Source of the DNA: Bacteroidota bacterium
Lineage (GTDB): Bacteria; Bacteroidota; Bacteroidia; Flavobacteriales; Flavobacteriaceae
Length of the DNA: 64,000 nt
Reading direction: 5' to 3'
Assembly (NCBI GenBank): GCA_947460615.1
Contig: CANHHG010000001.1
Span: forward strand, 30,056-94,055
The notes below the pieces were generated by a model, which had not been told where the DNA came from, searched no databases, and saw only the letters and a list, made by a program, of their open reading frames with translations. Positions 19,819-29,850 of the stretch are shown piece after piece (within the stretch, counting starts at the first letter, position 1; each line of letters opens with the position of its first letter). The translations under genes and the position numbers were made by a program.

Positions 19819-20862
19819 ATGCAAATCGAGAAAAAAGACATAAGAGCATTATCAAAAGAGCAGTTGCGTGATTTTTTTGTTGCTAATCATGACCAAGCCT
19901 TCCGGGGAAACCAGGTTTATGAGTGGTTATGGAGTAAAGGTGCTCATAGTTTTGAGGACATGACCAATGTTTCAAAAGAAACTCGATTGATGTTAAAAGA
20001 CAATTTTGTAATCAATCATATTAAGGTAGACACCATGCAACGCAGTTCCGATGGAACAGTCAAAAATGCCGTCCGATTGCATGATGGATTGGTGGTAGAA
20101 AGTGTTTTAATTCCAACCGATACCAGAACCACCGCTTGTGTTTCAAGTCAAGTAGGTTGTAGTTTAGATTGTAATTTTTGTGCTACCGCGAGATTAAAAA
20201 GAATGCGAAACTTAGAGCCAGGAGAAATTTACGACCAGGTTATTGCTATTGATAAAGAAAGTAGGTTGTATTATAATCATCCGCTTTCTAATATTGTTTT
20301 TATGGGAATGGGTGAACCCCTTATGAATTATAATAATGTGCTAAAAGCCATTTCAATGATCACTTCCAATGAAGGCTTGGGTATGTCTCCAAAAAGAATT
20401 ACTCTTTCTACTTCTGGAGTTCCAAAAATGATAAAAAAGCTTGCCGATGATGAGGTTAAATTTAAATTGGCCGTTTCATTACATTCTGCAATTGATGAAA
20501 TTCGTTCGCGAATAATGCCATTTTCAGCCAATTTTCCTTTAGCAGATTTGCGTGAAGCATTGGAATATTGGTATTCAAAAACAAAAAGTAAAATTACCTA
20601 CGAGTATGTCGTTTGGAAAGGGATTAACGACAATAAAGAATCAGTAGACGCCTTGGTTAAATTTTGTAAATATGTTCCTTGTAAAGTTAATTTAATTGAA
20701 TACAATCCAATTGATGACGGAGAATTCCAACAAGCATCTGAAGAGTCTATTAATGCATATATAAAGGCACTCTCCGCAATTGATATAGTTGCAAAAGTTA
20801 GACGAAGTCGAGGAAAAGATATCGATGCCGCTTGTGGACAATTAGCCAATAAAGAGGTATAA
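19819..20862 (+). CDS. rlmN: 23S rRNA m2A2503 / tRNA radical-SAM methyltransferase
   Basis: CVSSQVGCSLDCNFC, MGMGEP, SLH, YEY, DIDAACGQL. Confidence 0.97.
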   Translation: MQIEKKDIRALSKEQLRDFFVANHDQAFRGNQVYEWLWSKGAHSFEDMTNVSKETRLMLKDNFVINHIKVDTMQRSSDGTVKNAVRLHDGLVVESVLIPTDTRTTACVSSQVGCSLDCNFCATARLKRMRNLEPGEIYDQVIAIDKESRLYYNHPLSNIVFMGMGEPLMNYNNVLKAISMITSNEGLGMSPKRITLSTSGVPKMIKKLADDEVKFKLAVSLHSAIDEIRSRIMPFSANFPLADLREALEYWYSKTKSKITYEYVVWKGINDNKESVDALVKFCKYVPCKVNLIEYNPIDDGEFQQASEESINAYIKALSAIDIVAKVRRSRGKDIDAACGQLANKEV

Positions 20863-20894
20863 AAAAACGTTCAGAAATTTCTGAACGTTTTTTT
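20861..20894. terminator. Bidirectional intrinsic terminator
   Basis: AAAAAAACGTTCAGAAA/TTTCTGAACGTTTTTTT perfect inverted repeat between convergent genes. Confidence 0.9.
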
Positions 20895-20916
20895 CAAATT
20901 TACCAATTCTTATTTA

Positions 20917-21765
20917 TTAGAATCTAATGGTTACTGGTGTTCCTCCATCAATTGAAATAGTTGCTTCATTATCGCAAGTTCCAGTTCCATAATTTAAAAC
21001 AGCAGTATGATTTGGTCTAGTGATATTTACTATTCCAGAAACCACTCTGTAATCACAATTTAATCGAATTCTGATAGGAGTTGTGTTTGAAATTGCATTG
21101 GAGTGAATATTTCCATTAGGGAAAGTAGTTGTCCAGTTTCCTGTAACAACATATACATTATCAGTCCAAATTACTGAATCAAATCCTTCAACGCACTCTC
21201 TAGTTCTAGTTCCAACTCTTGTGTAAATACCTCTAGAATTAGTAAATGTCATATTCATATCCATTACGTTAATTGGGTGAACAGCAGTTTGATAGGTAGA
21301 AGTTCCAAACGATCTTGTAATTGTTCTATTACCTTGAACTAAAAAGTCATTGTAATAAAAGCCATCAAAGGAATAGGAAATTACATAATTGGTTCGAGTG
21401 TATGGTAAACTTCCAGTAACTCTAACAATACCTCTAAGGATAGCACCATTTGGCATTGCGCATCCAGTAGTTCCAAAATTAATTGTTCTAGTCCAACTGG
21501 TAGCATTAAAAGTTCTTGTTACAGTTGCGCATGGAGGTAACGAATTAATTTCTGCTGGCGCAATAGATTTTCCTGTTGGGTTTTCTGTAAAATATTGATC
21601 GTCAATAATATCAGATAAGTCATTAGCAACTTGATCTAATTTTGCATTGGTTTGAAGATCCTCGGTAGTAAATGCGTTAGCAAGATCATTGTTGTCTTTA
21701 GTACAACTAGCAAATAAAATAACCGCAAACAATACAGTTAATTTTAAAATTGAATTTGTTTTCAT
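20917..21765 (-). CDS. Hypothetical beta-rich lipoprotein
   Basis: Lipobox LFASC followed by K-D (surface-export-like signal); Thr/Gly-rich with several Cys. Confidence 0.7.
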   Translation of the reverse strand: MKTNSILKLTVLFAVILFASCTKDNNDLANAFTTEDLQTNAKLDQVANDLSDIIDDQYFTENPTGKSIAPAEINSLPPCATVTRTFNATSWTRTINFGTTGCAMPNGAILRGIVRVTGSLPYTRTNYVISYSFDGFYYNDFLVQGNRTITRSFGTSTYQTAVHPINVMDMNMTFTNSRGIYTRVGTRTRECVEGFDSVIWTDNVYVVTGNWTTTFPNGNIHSNAISNTTPIRIRLNCDYRVVSGIVNITRPNHTAVLNYGTGTCDNEATISIDGGTPVTIRF

Positions 21766-21874
21766 ATGTAGTAAAATTTAAATTTATTTTATAAGACTGA
21801 AACAAATGTAAATAGTTTAATTGTAATAAAAAAAATATTTCCATTCCAGTTTCAAAATAGTATCTTTGAAATCC

Positions 21875-22852
21875 ATGAATATAATTGCTGAAATAAAATC
21901 TCCGATACTTTTAGAAATGGATCTTTTCGAATTAAAATTTCGAGAATCGATGGTTTCTAAAATTGCCTTGCTCAATCGGATTACCTATTATATTGTAAAT
22001 AGAAAAGGAAAACAAATGCGACCTATGTTTGTTTTTCTAACTGCAAAAATGCTTTCAAATGGAATAGTGAATGAAAGAACCTATCGAGGAGCTTCTGTAA
22101 TTGAATTGATTCATACTGCCACTTTAGTGCACGATGATGTGGTTGATGATAGTAATCGAAGACGCGGCTTTTTCTCTATAAATGCCCTTTGGAAAAATAA
22201 AATCGCAGTTTTAGTAGGCGATTATTTACTTTCAAAAGGCTTATTGCTTTCCATTGATAATGACGATTTCGATTTATTGAAAATTATTTCAGTTGCCGTT
22301 CGTGAAATGAGCGAAGGGGAATTACTTCAAATAGAAAAAGCAAGAAGATTGGATATTACTGAGGCTGTTTATTATGAAATTATTCAAAAGAAAACGGCTA
22401 CTTTAATTGCTGCTTGCTGTGCGCTTGGCGCAAAATCTGTAATCGAAGATGAAATTCAAGTTGAAAATATGAGAAGATTTGGTGAGTTAATTGGAATGGC
22501 TTTTCAAATTAAAGACGATCTGTTTGATTATTCCGAAGAGGCTATAGGGAAGCCAACAGGGATAGATATTAAAGAACAAAAAATGACCTTACCTTTAATA
22601 CATGTTTTGAATAATTGTACTTCAAAAGAAAAAAGTTGGCTCATTAACTCTATAAAGAATCACAATAAAGATAAAAAGAGAGTTAAAGAAGTAATTGCAT
22701 TTGTAAAAAATAACAATGGACTTGACTATGCAGAGCAAAAAATGATTGAGTTTCAGCAGGAAGCACTTCAATTAATAAAAAATTATCCGCTATCTGACTA
22801 TAAAAATTCTTTGATCATGATGGTAAATTATGTTATCGAAAGAAAAAAGTAG
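21875..22852 (+). CDS. Polyprenyl diphosphate synthase (IspB-like)
   Basis: GK.MRP, HDDVVD...RRG, FQIKDD. ATG 21875 lies just after the TATCTTTG promoter box at 21861-21868. Confidence 0.92.
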   Translation: MNIIAEIKSPILLEMDLFELKFRESMVSKIALLNRITYYIVNRKGKQMRPMFVFLTAKMLSNGIVNERTYRGASVIELIHTATLVHDDVVDDSNRRRGFFSINALWKNKIAVLVGDYLLSKGLLLSIDNDDFDLLKIISVAVREMSEGELLQIEKARRLDITEAVYYEIIQKKTATLIAACCALGAKSVIEDEIQVENMRRFGELIGMAFQIKDDLFDYSEEAIGKPTGIDIKEQKMTLPLIHVLNNCTSKEKSWLINSIKNHNKDKKRVKEVIAFVKNNNGLDYAEQKMIEFQQEALQLIKNYPLSDYKNSLIMMVNYVIERKK

Positions 22853-22911
22853 TACCAAATTACTCAAAAAAATTGGTAACTTTGAGCCTTAATCATTGAA
22901 CCTTAATTAAA

Positions 22912-24891
22912 TTGATTTCAAAAGCAACCATAGATACCGTTTTCGAAACTGCTCGTGTAGAGGAGGTTATTGGTGATTTTGTTCAATTAAAACGTGCTGG
23001 AAGCAATTTTAAAGGATTAAGTCCCTTTTCAGACGAGCGCTCTCCATCTTTTATGGTATCTCCAGTAAAACAAATTTGGAAAGATTTTAGTTCTGGAAAA
23101 GGAGGGAACTCGGTTGCCTTTTTAATGGAACACGAGCATTTTACCTATCCAGAAGCCATTCGATATTTGGCTAATAAGTACAATATAGAAATTGAAGAAA
23201 CAGTTCAAACGGACGAGGAAAAAGCGAACACTGATGTACGAGAAAGTATGTATTTGGTTTCTGAATTTGCAAAAAATTATTTTCAAGATACCCTTTTAAA
23301 TTCAGAAGAAGGAAAAGCAATTGGGTACTCTTATTTTAAAGAAAGAGGTTTTACCAATGAAACCATTAAGAAATTTTCATTAGGATATTCTCCTGAATCT
23401 TGGGATGCCTTTACAAAGGAAGCTTTAGGAAAAGGCTATAAGTTAGAGTTTTTAGAAAGTACCGGATTGACAATTCCACGAGACGACCGTCCATTTGATC
23501 GATTTAAAGGACGCGTGATGTTTCCAATTCAAAGTATGTCAGGAAGGGTTTTGGGATTTGGGGGCAGAATACTTACCAATGATAAAAAAGCAGCTAAATA
23601 TCTTAATTCACCTGAAAGTGAAATTTATCATAAAAGCAAAGTACTTTATGGAATTTATCAAGCTAAACAAGCTATTGCAAAACAAAACAATTGCTTTTTG
23701 GTGGAAGGTTATACCGATGTTATACAATTCAATCAAACGGGAATTGAAAACGTTGTTTCTTCTTCAGGAACCGCTTTAACGCCTGATCAAATCCGATTAA
23801 TAAATCGATTAACTAAAAATGTGACCGTCCTTTTTGATGGAGATGCGGCAGGATTACGTGCTTCTATTCGAGGAATTGATCTGATTTTGGAAGAAGGAAT
23901 GAATGTAAGAGTCTGCGAATTCCCTGACGGCGAAGATCCAGATAGTTTTGCAAAAAAAACGCCTTATGAAGATTTAGTGGTTTATTTAGAGGAGAACGCT
24001 AAAGATTTTATTCAATTCAAAGCCTCTTTATTAATGAAAGATGCCAAGAATGATCCTATAAAAAAAGCGGAGTTAATTCGTGATATTGTAGCAAGTATAT
24101 CCAAGATTCCAGATCGAATTCAACGCGAAATTTACATACAGGAATGTTCGCGTATAATGGATATTTCAGAGCAAGTTTTATTGAGCACCTTAGCGCAATT
24201 GGTTAAAAAAGACATTTCTGAAATTGGAAAAAAAATAAAGCAAGAACAAAAGTCTTTTGAAGTTATAAAGAGTGAATCTTTAAATCAAGTGGAGAAAGTA
24301 GATGTTTTATACCAACTAGAAAGAACTATAATAAAGATTTTACTTCTTTATGGAAATATAAAAGAAGAATTTGAAGACGTATTATTAAAAACAAATGATA
24401 AAGGCGAGGTTGAAAACACCGTTGAGAAAAAAGAATATTTCGTTTATCAGAGAATTTATTTGAGTTTGCAAGAAGATGAAGTTGAATTAGCGAATACACT
24501 TTTTAAAGATATTTATAACAATTTAGTTAACTATTTTAATCAAAATGAGACTTTCAATATTGAGCATTATTTAATGCAATTACCTCAAGAATTTGCTCAA
24601 GAGGTAACCGATATTCTAATGGAAGATGAAAAATTGGCATTACACGATTGGGGTGGTCAAAATATATTTGTGAAACAAAAAAACGAAACCATAAGCCAAT
24701 ACGTTTCAGAGACAATATTAACTATGAGATGGTATTTAGTTGATAAAATCATTGAAGAATTAAAAGGTTCCATTTTGCCGGATCCATCCTTAGACAACTC
24801 AGATACGATGTCTTTAGCAATGGATTACTCCAAGCTAATTAATTCTTTTTCTATGAAATTAGGAAGAGTAATGTCTAGATATAGTAATTAA
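22912..24891 (+). CDS. dnaG: DNA primase
   Basis: PF..E.SPSF, DRF.GR.MFPI, FGGR, KYLNSPE, VEGYTDV TOPRIM, DGD.AG; zinc-finger Cys residues replaced (LSPF...KDFSSG). Confidence 0.97.
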   Translation: MISKATIDTVFETARVEEVIGDFVQLKRAGSNFKGLSPFSDERSPSFMVSPVKQIWKDFSSGKGGNSVAFLMEHEHFTYPEAIRYLANKYNIEIEETVQTDEEKANTDVRESMYLVSEFAKNYFQDTLLNSEEGKAIGYSYFKERGFTNETIKKFSLGYSPESWDAFTKEALGKGYKLEFLESTGLTIPRDDRPFDRFKGRVMFPIQSMSGRVLGFGGRILTNDKKAAKYLNSPESEIYHKSKVLYGIYQAKQAIAKQNNCFLVEGYTDVIQFNQTGIENVVSSSGTALTPDQIRLINRLTKNVTVLFDGDAAGLRASIRGIDLILEEGMNVRVCEFPDGEDPDSFAKKTPYEDLVVYLEENAKDFIQFKASLLMKDAKNDPIKKAELIRDIVASISKIPDRIQREIYIQECSRIMDISEQVLLSTLAQLVKKDISEIGKKIKQEQKSFEVIKSESLNQVEKVDVLYQLERTIIKILLLYGNIKEEFEDVLLKTNDKGEVENTVEKKEYFVYQRIYLSLQEDEVELANTLFKDIYNNLVNYFNQNETFNIEHYLMQLPQEFAQEVTDILMEDEKLALHDWGGQNIFVKQKNETISQYVSETILTMRWYLVDKIIEELKGSILPDPSLDNSDTMSLAMDYSKLINSFSMKLGRVMSRYSN

Positions 24892-24902
24892 AAATAAAGC
24901 AT

Positions 24903-24935
24903 AAAAAAACCTGTTCAAAACGAACAGGTTTTTTT
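24903..24935. terminator. Bidirectional intrinsic terminator
   Basis: AAAAAAACCTGTTC-aaaac-GAACAGGTTTTTTT. Confidence 0.9.
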
Positions 24936-24953
24936 AATTGAAAGAAATTAGAA

Positions 24954-26771
24954 TTATTTTACAACTACTTTTTTAGTTGCTGTTTTTCCACCTTCATTAA
25001 TTTTAACTATATAGACACCGCTATTTAAATTAGCAATATTTATGGTAGTATTTGAAGTAGTAGTTTTAATTACTTCTTTACCTAAAACATCAATTAAAGA
25101 TATTGTTTTTTCCAAATTCAAATTAGATTCAACATGTAAAACTCCGTTTGAAACTGGATTAGGATAAACTTTTAATCCAGCTATTTCGTTGGTTTGTGTC
25201 TGAAGTATTGTAAAATCTGCTAAATTTCTAGGAATAAATTGTGGAGTTAAAACCGGTGGAGTAGCTGATGAAACGTTATCATAACCTAAAGCCGTAATAT
25301 TAAAGGTTCCGGTTGGAATTGTTGTTCCAATGTAATTTGCTTCTGCAAATCCGCTTCTTAATACTCCATTTGTAGTTCCGTCAAATACATTATAATTAGT
25401 ACTAGTTGCAAATACTTGCCCTGCTGTTAGTGGAGTTACAACTCCAGCGGACACAGTACCCGTAATCGTAATATTATTGAAACTAATTAATTCACTTTCG
25501 TAGTTATTCACATTGGCATTAAGAGCAGCGATAGTGATGTTCTGAGCCGTAAGTGCATTTCCAGAAGAAACTACAGTTTGGTTTTGTAAAGGAACCAATT
25601 CTAAAATGCCATTAAAATCAATTAATTGACCTGATACGTTGTTCATACTATCTCCAATTGCAAATGGGGTTGTGATTTTCCCAGCACTATCATCAATTAG
25701 TATTCCACCAGTTGCATCTTGAATAAATTTTTGATTTCTGGTAGTAGAAACAGTAACTGTTCCTGCAGGAGTTCTAACATGCGAAACTACTGCATTGCCA
25801 GTCAATGTATAATATCCGTTTAACGTACCCGCTCTTAAAGCAGCAATAGTAGAAACATTTGTAGAGGCTGCAATAGTGAATTGAGTAGTTGCACTTGTGA
25901 CAGGAGATAAAGAAGCGTGATTGTTATCCACTAAACTTACTACAATAGTATGACTACCTACTGCTAATCCATTTAAAACAATCGGAGCGGTGTCGTATTT
26001 CTCTACTACAGCTCCTCCATCTACGGTGTAGTGAATATGACCCGTTCCAGTTCCATTGGCAACTGTAAAGTTGGAAACAGAAACATTTACGGTAACGCTG
26101 GTAGTTAAAGGATTGTAAATAGTTGCATTTACTGGAGAGGTAATTGCTACGGTTGGCGCAGTAGAACATACGCTAGCAGCAGTTGACGAGTTTCTTGGAG
26201 TTGGAGCTCCAGCTATAAAATCGGTGTTATTGGCATTATTATCAGTGCAACCTCCATTTAATCTTAAGGCAGCAGTTGTATTTGATAAAGCTGCTACACC
26301 GGCTGAACCTTCATAAGCAGAAGCGGTTCCATATCCAACTAAATCAATGTAGGTTCCTGCTGTTAAAGTAGCACCAGCTAATGGGGTTGCTGTATTTACC
26401 AATGCAACCTTTCCATTTGTTCCAGATAAATTAATTGGGGTTGCAGTTACATCTAAATCTGGTGCAGGTAATGCAACTCCTACAGTGCTTCCCGCCAATT
26501 TAATCAAATAATATTTTCCTGGAGCAATTGAAGTTCCTGCTGGAATAGCATGTGCCGCCCATGATGTACCTGCGGTTGAGGCGTACTGTACAGACCAACC
26601 TGAGACATCAACGCTAGCTGTCCCTCTATTGAACAATTCTACAAAATCATGTGTGTATTGAGCTCCAGTATTACCACCACCACCATATACTTGGCTAATT
26701 ACGACTTGAGCATTAGAGGTAAATCCAATCAAAACGAATAACATTGAAGTAAAAAAGTAAATTTTTTTCAT
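24954..26771 (-). CDS. T9SS type A sorting domain protein with lamin tail domain
   Basis: Signal peptide from MKKIYFF; VVISQVYGGGG...DFVELFN (LTD); C-terminal YPNP...G.YIVK...KKVVVK. Confidence 0.88.
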   Translation of the reverse strand: MKKIYFFTSMLFVLIGFTSNAQVVISQVYGGGGNTGAQYTHDFVELFNRGTASVDVSGWSVQYASTAGTSWAAHAIPAGTSIAPGKYYLIKLAGSTVGVALPAPDLDVTATPINLSGTNGKVALVNTATPLAGATLTAGTYIDLVGYGTASAYEGSAGVAALSNTTAALRLNGGCTDNNANNTDFIAGAPTPRNSSTAASVCSTAPTVAITSPVNATIYNPLTTSVTVNVSVSNFTVANGTGTGHIHYTVDGGAVVEKYDTAPIVLNGLAVGSHTIVVSLVDNNHASLSPVTSATTQFTIAASTNVSTIAALRAGTLNGYYTLTGNAVVSHVRTPAGTVTVSTTRNQKFIQDATGGILIDDSAGKITTPFAIGDSMNNVSGQLIDFNGILELVPLQNQTVVSSGNALTAQNITIAALNANVNNYESELISFNNITITGTVSAGVVTPLTAGQVFATSTNYNVFDGTTNGVLRSGFAEANYIGTTIPTGTFNITALGYDNVSSATPPVLTPQFIPRNLADFTILQTQTNEIAGLKVYPNPVSNGVLHVESNLNLEKTISLIDVLGKEVIKTTTSNTTINIANLNSGVYIVKINEGGKTATKKVVVK

Positions 26772-26873
26772 AATTTTTATTTTTAGATATTTTACAAATA
26801 TAGGAAGTATTCCGAACAAAAGTAAGATACTATGTAAATATTACATTAAATTATTTATAGGAATATTAGATAA

Positions 26874-27209
26874 CTATTTGACTATTAGTTTTCTAGTGGC
26901 GGTAGCCTCTCCTTCTTTGATTTGGATGATATAAACTCCTGGAGATAATGCAGAAATATTTAACTCTCTTGAGTTCAATATTGTTTGAAGTACTTTTTTT
27001 CCTAAAACATCAAAAATGGTGATTTCTTTGTCTAAGGATAACTTTGAAATAATATAAATTTTACCATTGCTAACAGGGTTTGGATAGAAATTCAAGCCTT
27101 CAATTGAAGTTTCTTGATTTCTAGTTTGTACCTTACTATCCTGAGCTTTAGCGCTGTGAGAGCCTAGTAGGAAAACTGTTAAAGCAATATAAAAGTAATT
27201 TTTTAGCAT
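26874..27209 (-). CDS. Minimal T9SS type A sorting domain protein (signal peptide + CTD only)
   Basis: Signal peptide, ~17-aa linker, then YPNPVSNG...DVLGK...GVYI...RKLIVK. Confidence 0.85.
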   Translation of the reverse strand: MLKNYFYIALTVFLLGSHSAKAQDSKVQTRNQETSIEGLNFYPNPVSNGKIYIISKLSLDKEITIFDVLGKKVLQTILNSRELNISALSPGVYIIQIKEGEATATRKLIVK

Positions 27210-27301
27210 TAATAAAATTTTTGTAAAGGTAGCGTTTTTATGTAAAAACTACAAAATTTAATAAATTTAATAAATTTCTACAAATTCTATACCAAATATT
27301 T

Positions 27302-27928
27302 TTATTTTCCATTAAATGAGGTCATGGTAATTTCTAAACCGGATAACCCAAATGATTTTACAATTTCTGTTGCCAATTCTAGTCGTTCTGGAAGTTTAAT
27401 TTTTTCTTCGTCATCCCAATTCCCTAATACGTAATCAACCTGTTTCCCTTTTTTAAATGCATCACTGATTCCAAATCTAAATCGGGCATATTCTTGAGTG
27501 TTTAGGACTTGAGTAGTATTTTTTAATCCATTATGACCACCATCACTTCCTTTAGATCTTATTCTAATAGTACCAAAAGGCAAATTTAAATCGTCAGTAA
27601 TAATTAAAACCCTATCCAAAGTAATTTTTTCTTTATCCATCCAATATTTAATCGACTTTCCGCTCAAATTCATATAAGTGTTTGGCTTTAAAAGGAGGAA
27701 AGTTTTACCTTTAATTTTTAATTCAGCAAGGGCACCTAATTTTAAATTATCAAAACTAATACCTTCTTTATTGGCAATAAAGTCAAGTACTTTAAAACCT
27801 ATATTATGTCGGGTATTGACATATTCAGCCCCAATATTTCCAAGTCCCACTATTAAAAATTTATTCATATCATCCAATTTGTCAGAGGTGATTTCTCTAT
27901 TTAATAAATTATTTAACCATTTTATCAT
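27302..27928 (-). CDS. pth: Peptidyl-tRNA hydrolase
   Basis: LIVGLGN.G..Y..TRHNIGF, KP.TYMNLSG, GGHNGLK. Confidence 0.96.
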   Translation of the reverse strand: MIKWLNNLLNREITSDKLDDMNKFLIVGLGNIGAEYVNTRHNIGFKVLDFIANKEGISFDNLKLGALAELKIKGKTFLLLKPNTYMNLSGKSIKYWMDKEKITLDRVLIITDDLNLPFGTIRIRSKGSDGGHNGLKNTTQVLNTQEYARFRFGISDAFKKGKQVDYVLGNWDDEEKIKLPERLELATEIVKSFGLSGLEITMTSFNGK

Positions 27929-27942
27929 CTTGCTAAAGTAAT

Positions 27943-28749
27943 CTATTTATACTCTTTCGGGATCAAGCATACCGGAATAGGATTCATTTTGTGCTGATTT
28001 ACCGTGTTTAATCTTTTATATATTGAAAATGCTACTTGTTCTCTACCTGAAAAATCAGCTTCGGATTTACCATTATTGTCTTCAATCATGGCCCATTCAA
28101 GTTCATCGTAACTGGCACCAAGTTGCTCTTCATCTGATCTAGCATCTCCAAAAAGTCCGTCTGATGGTTCGGCAATCAAAATTGAATTTGGAATTTTTAA
28201 ATAAGCTCCCAAGGCAAAAACATCGGATTTCATTAAATCGGCAATGGGGCTTACATCAACTCCCCCATCTCCGTATTTAGTGTAAAAACCAACGCCAAAA
28301 TCTTCTACTTTATTTCCGGTACCCGACACTAAAAAACCATTAATACCTGCATGGTAATACAAAGTTGTCATTCTCAATCTCGCTCTAGTATTTGCTAATG
28401 CAAGTTGTTTTTTATTTTCATTATCCCCAGTTGGAACTAATTTCACAAAATTGTCAAAAACAGAAGTCAAATCGGTGAGGGTACTTTGAACATTTGAAAA
28501 CCTATTTTTAAGTTGTTCAATATGTTCTTTTCCTCTATTTACGTGGTTTTCATTTTGATGAATTGGCATTTCAACACACAAAGTCGGCAATCCAGTTTGA
28601 GCACATAAGGTAGAAGTTACTGCCGAATCTACACCACCTGAAATACCAACTACAAATCCATTAGTTTTCGAAGTAATTGCATATTCTTTTAACCAGTTCA
28701 CTATATGCTGGTTCACTTTTTCGACTTGAATTGTACTTTTTTTAGACAT
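27943..28749 (-). CDS. nadE: NH3-dependent NAD+ synthetase
   Basis: GISGGVDS, ANTRARLRM, GTGNK.E, TKYGDGG, DE.QLG.SY. Confidence 0.96.
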   Translation of the reverse strand: MSKKSTIQVEKVNQHIVNWLKEYAITSKTNGFVVGISGGVDSAVTSTLCAQTGLPTLCVEMPIHQNENHVNRGKEHIEQLKNRFSNVQSTLTDLTSVFDNFVKLVPTGDNENKKQLALANTRARLRMTTLYYHAGINGFLVSGTGNKVEDFGVGFYTKYGDGGVDVSPIADLMKSDVFALGAYLKIPNSILIAEPSDGLFGDARSDEEQLGASYDELEWAMIEDNNGKSEADFSGREQVAFSIYKRLNTVNQHKMNPIPVCLIPKEYK

Positions 28750-28778
28750 TTTTTGTTATAGTTAATAGTACTGCAATG

Positions 28779-28786
28779 TATATTTG
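28779..28786 (+). promoter_or_regulatory. -7 promoter box (TATATTTG) for gldBC
   Basis: Consensus TAnnTTTG; places element copy 3 inside the gldB leader. Confidence 0.55.
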
Positions 28787-28803
28787 CAAAAATAATAATT
28801 ATT

Positions 28804-28880
28804 TGGAGCTATTTCCTGCTTTCCGTTGCAATCTTTTTTTTCGTGCCTCAAAAAAAGGATTTCCACTGCACTCAGGGCTA
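28804..28880 (+). ncRNA. Structured repeated element, copy 3 (short form), Flavo-1-like
   Basis: TGGAGCTATTTCCTGCTTTCCGTTGCAATCTTTTTTTTCGTGCCTCAAAAAAAGGATTTCCACTGCACTCAGGGCTA; CCTG/CAGG stem, compensatory to CCAG/CTGG in the other copies; ends 13 nt before the gldB ATG. Confidence 0.8.
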
Positions 28881-28893
28881 AAAAATAAATACT

Positions 28894-29850
28894 ATGAAAA
28901 AATACGTGTATATAATCTCTTTATTGGTGCTTTTATCTTCTTGTGATAAAAAAAATAAAATCGAAAAAGAAATTGACGAAATCCCTGTTACCTTAAAGGT
29001 GGAGCGATTTGATAAAATTTTCTATGAATCAACCGTGGAAAATCTTCAAAATGTAAAACAAAAATACCCCTATTTTTTTCCGCCAGAAACTCCAGATTCT
29101 GTTTGGGTCAACAAAATAAAAAATCCACTTTACAGAGAATTGTATTCAGAGGTTCAAAAAAAATATTCCAATTTTGAAAAAGTAAATTCCGATTTAGAAT
29201 CACTTTTCCAACACATAAAATACTACTTTCCTAAATCTAAAACCCCGAAAGTAATTACGCTGATTTCGGAAATGGATTATCAAAATAAAGCCATTTTTAC
29301 CGATAGTTTAGTTCTAATTTCACTTGATTTATACTTAGGGAAGAACCATAAATTCTATGAATTTCCAGAATATATAAAACAAAATTTTGAGCAAAACCAG
29401 ATCATGCCCGATATTGTTTCAAGTTTTTCTGTTAAAATAATACCATTTGGAAACAATAGAAATTTACTTTCACAAATGATATATGCGGGGAAACAGCTCT
29501 ATTTGAAAGATCTTTTGTTGCCAGAAATTTCAGATGCTGAAAAAATTGGTTACACTCTGGATCAAATTACTTGGTGTCAAGAAAACGAAAGTTACATGTG
29601 GCGACATTTTATGCAAGAACAGTTATTGTATAGCACCGATTCAAAGTTGCCAAGTCGTTTTATTAATACCGCCCCTTTTTCAAAGTTTTATCTAGAAATT
29701 GATAACGAATCTCCAGGAAGAGTTGGGACTTGGGTAGGCTGGCAAATCGTTCGTTCTTTTATGAATAATAATGATGTAAATTTGCAGCAATTATTGCAAA
29801 TGGATCCAATAGAAATATTTCAAAATTCAAAATACAAACCTAAAAAATAA
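28894..29850 (+). CDS. gldB: Gliding motility lipoprotein GldB
   Basis: Lipobox LLSSC, RFD..F, ISLD.YLG, APFSKFYLEIDNESPGR.G.W.GWQIV; coupled to gldC. Confidence 0.9.
   Translation: MKKYVYIISLLVLLSSCDKKNKIEKEIDEIPVTLKVERFDKIFYESTVENLQNVKQKYPYFFPPETPDSVWVNKIKNPLYRELYSEVQKKYSNFEKVNSDLESLFQHIKYYFPKSKTPKVITLISEMDYQNKAIFTDSLVLISLDLYLGKNHKFYEFPEYIKQNFEQNQIMPDIVSSFSVKIIPFGNNRNLLSQMIYAGKQLYLKDLLLPEISDAEKIGYTLDQITWCQENESYMWRHFMQEQLLYSTDSKLPSRFINTAPFSKFYLEIDNESPGRVGTWVGWQIVRSFMNNNDVNLQQLLQMDPIEIFQNSKYKPKK

Noticed and set aside
22912-23150. Loss of zinc-binding cysteines in the DnaG N-terminal domain
   Set aside because: I recall this Cys-less variant as common in flavobacterial primases; not treated as novel.
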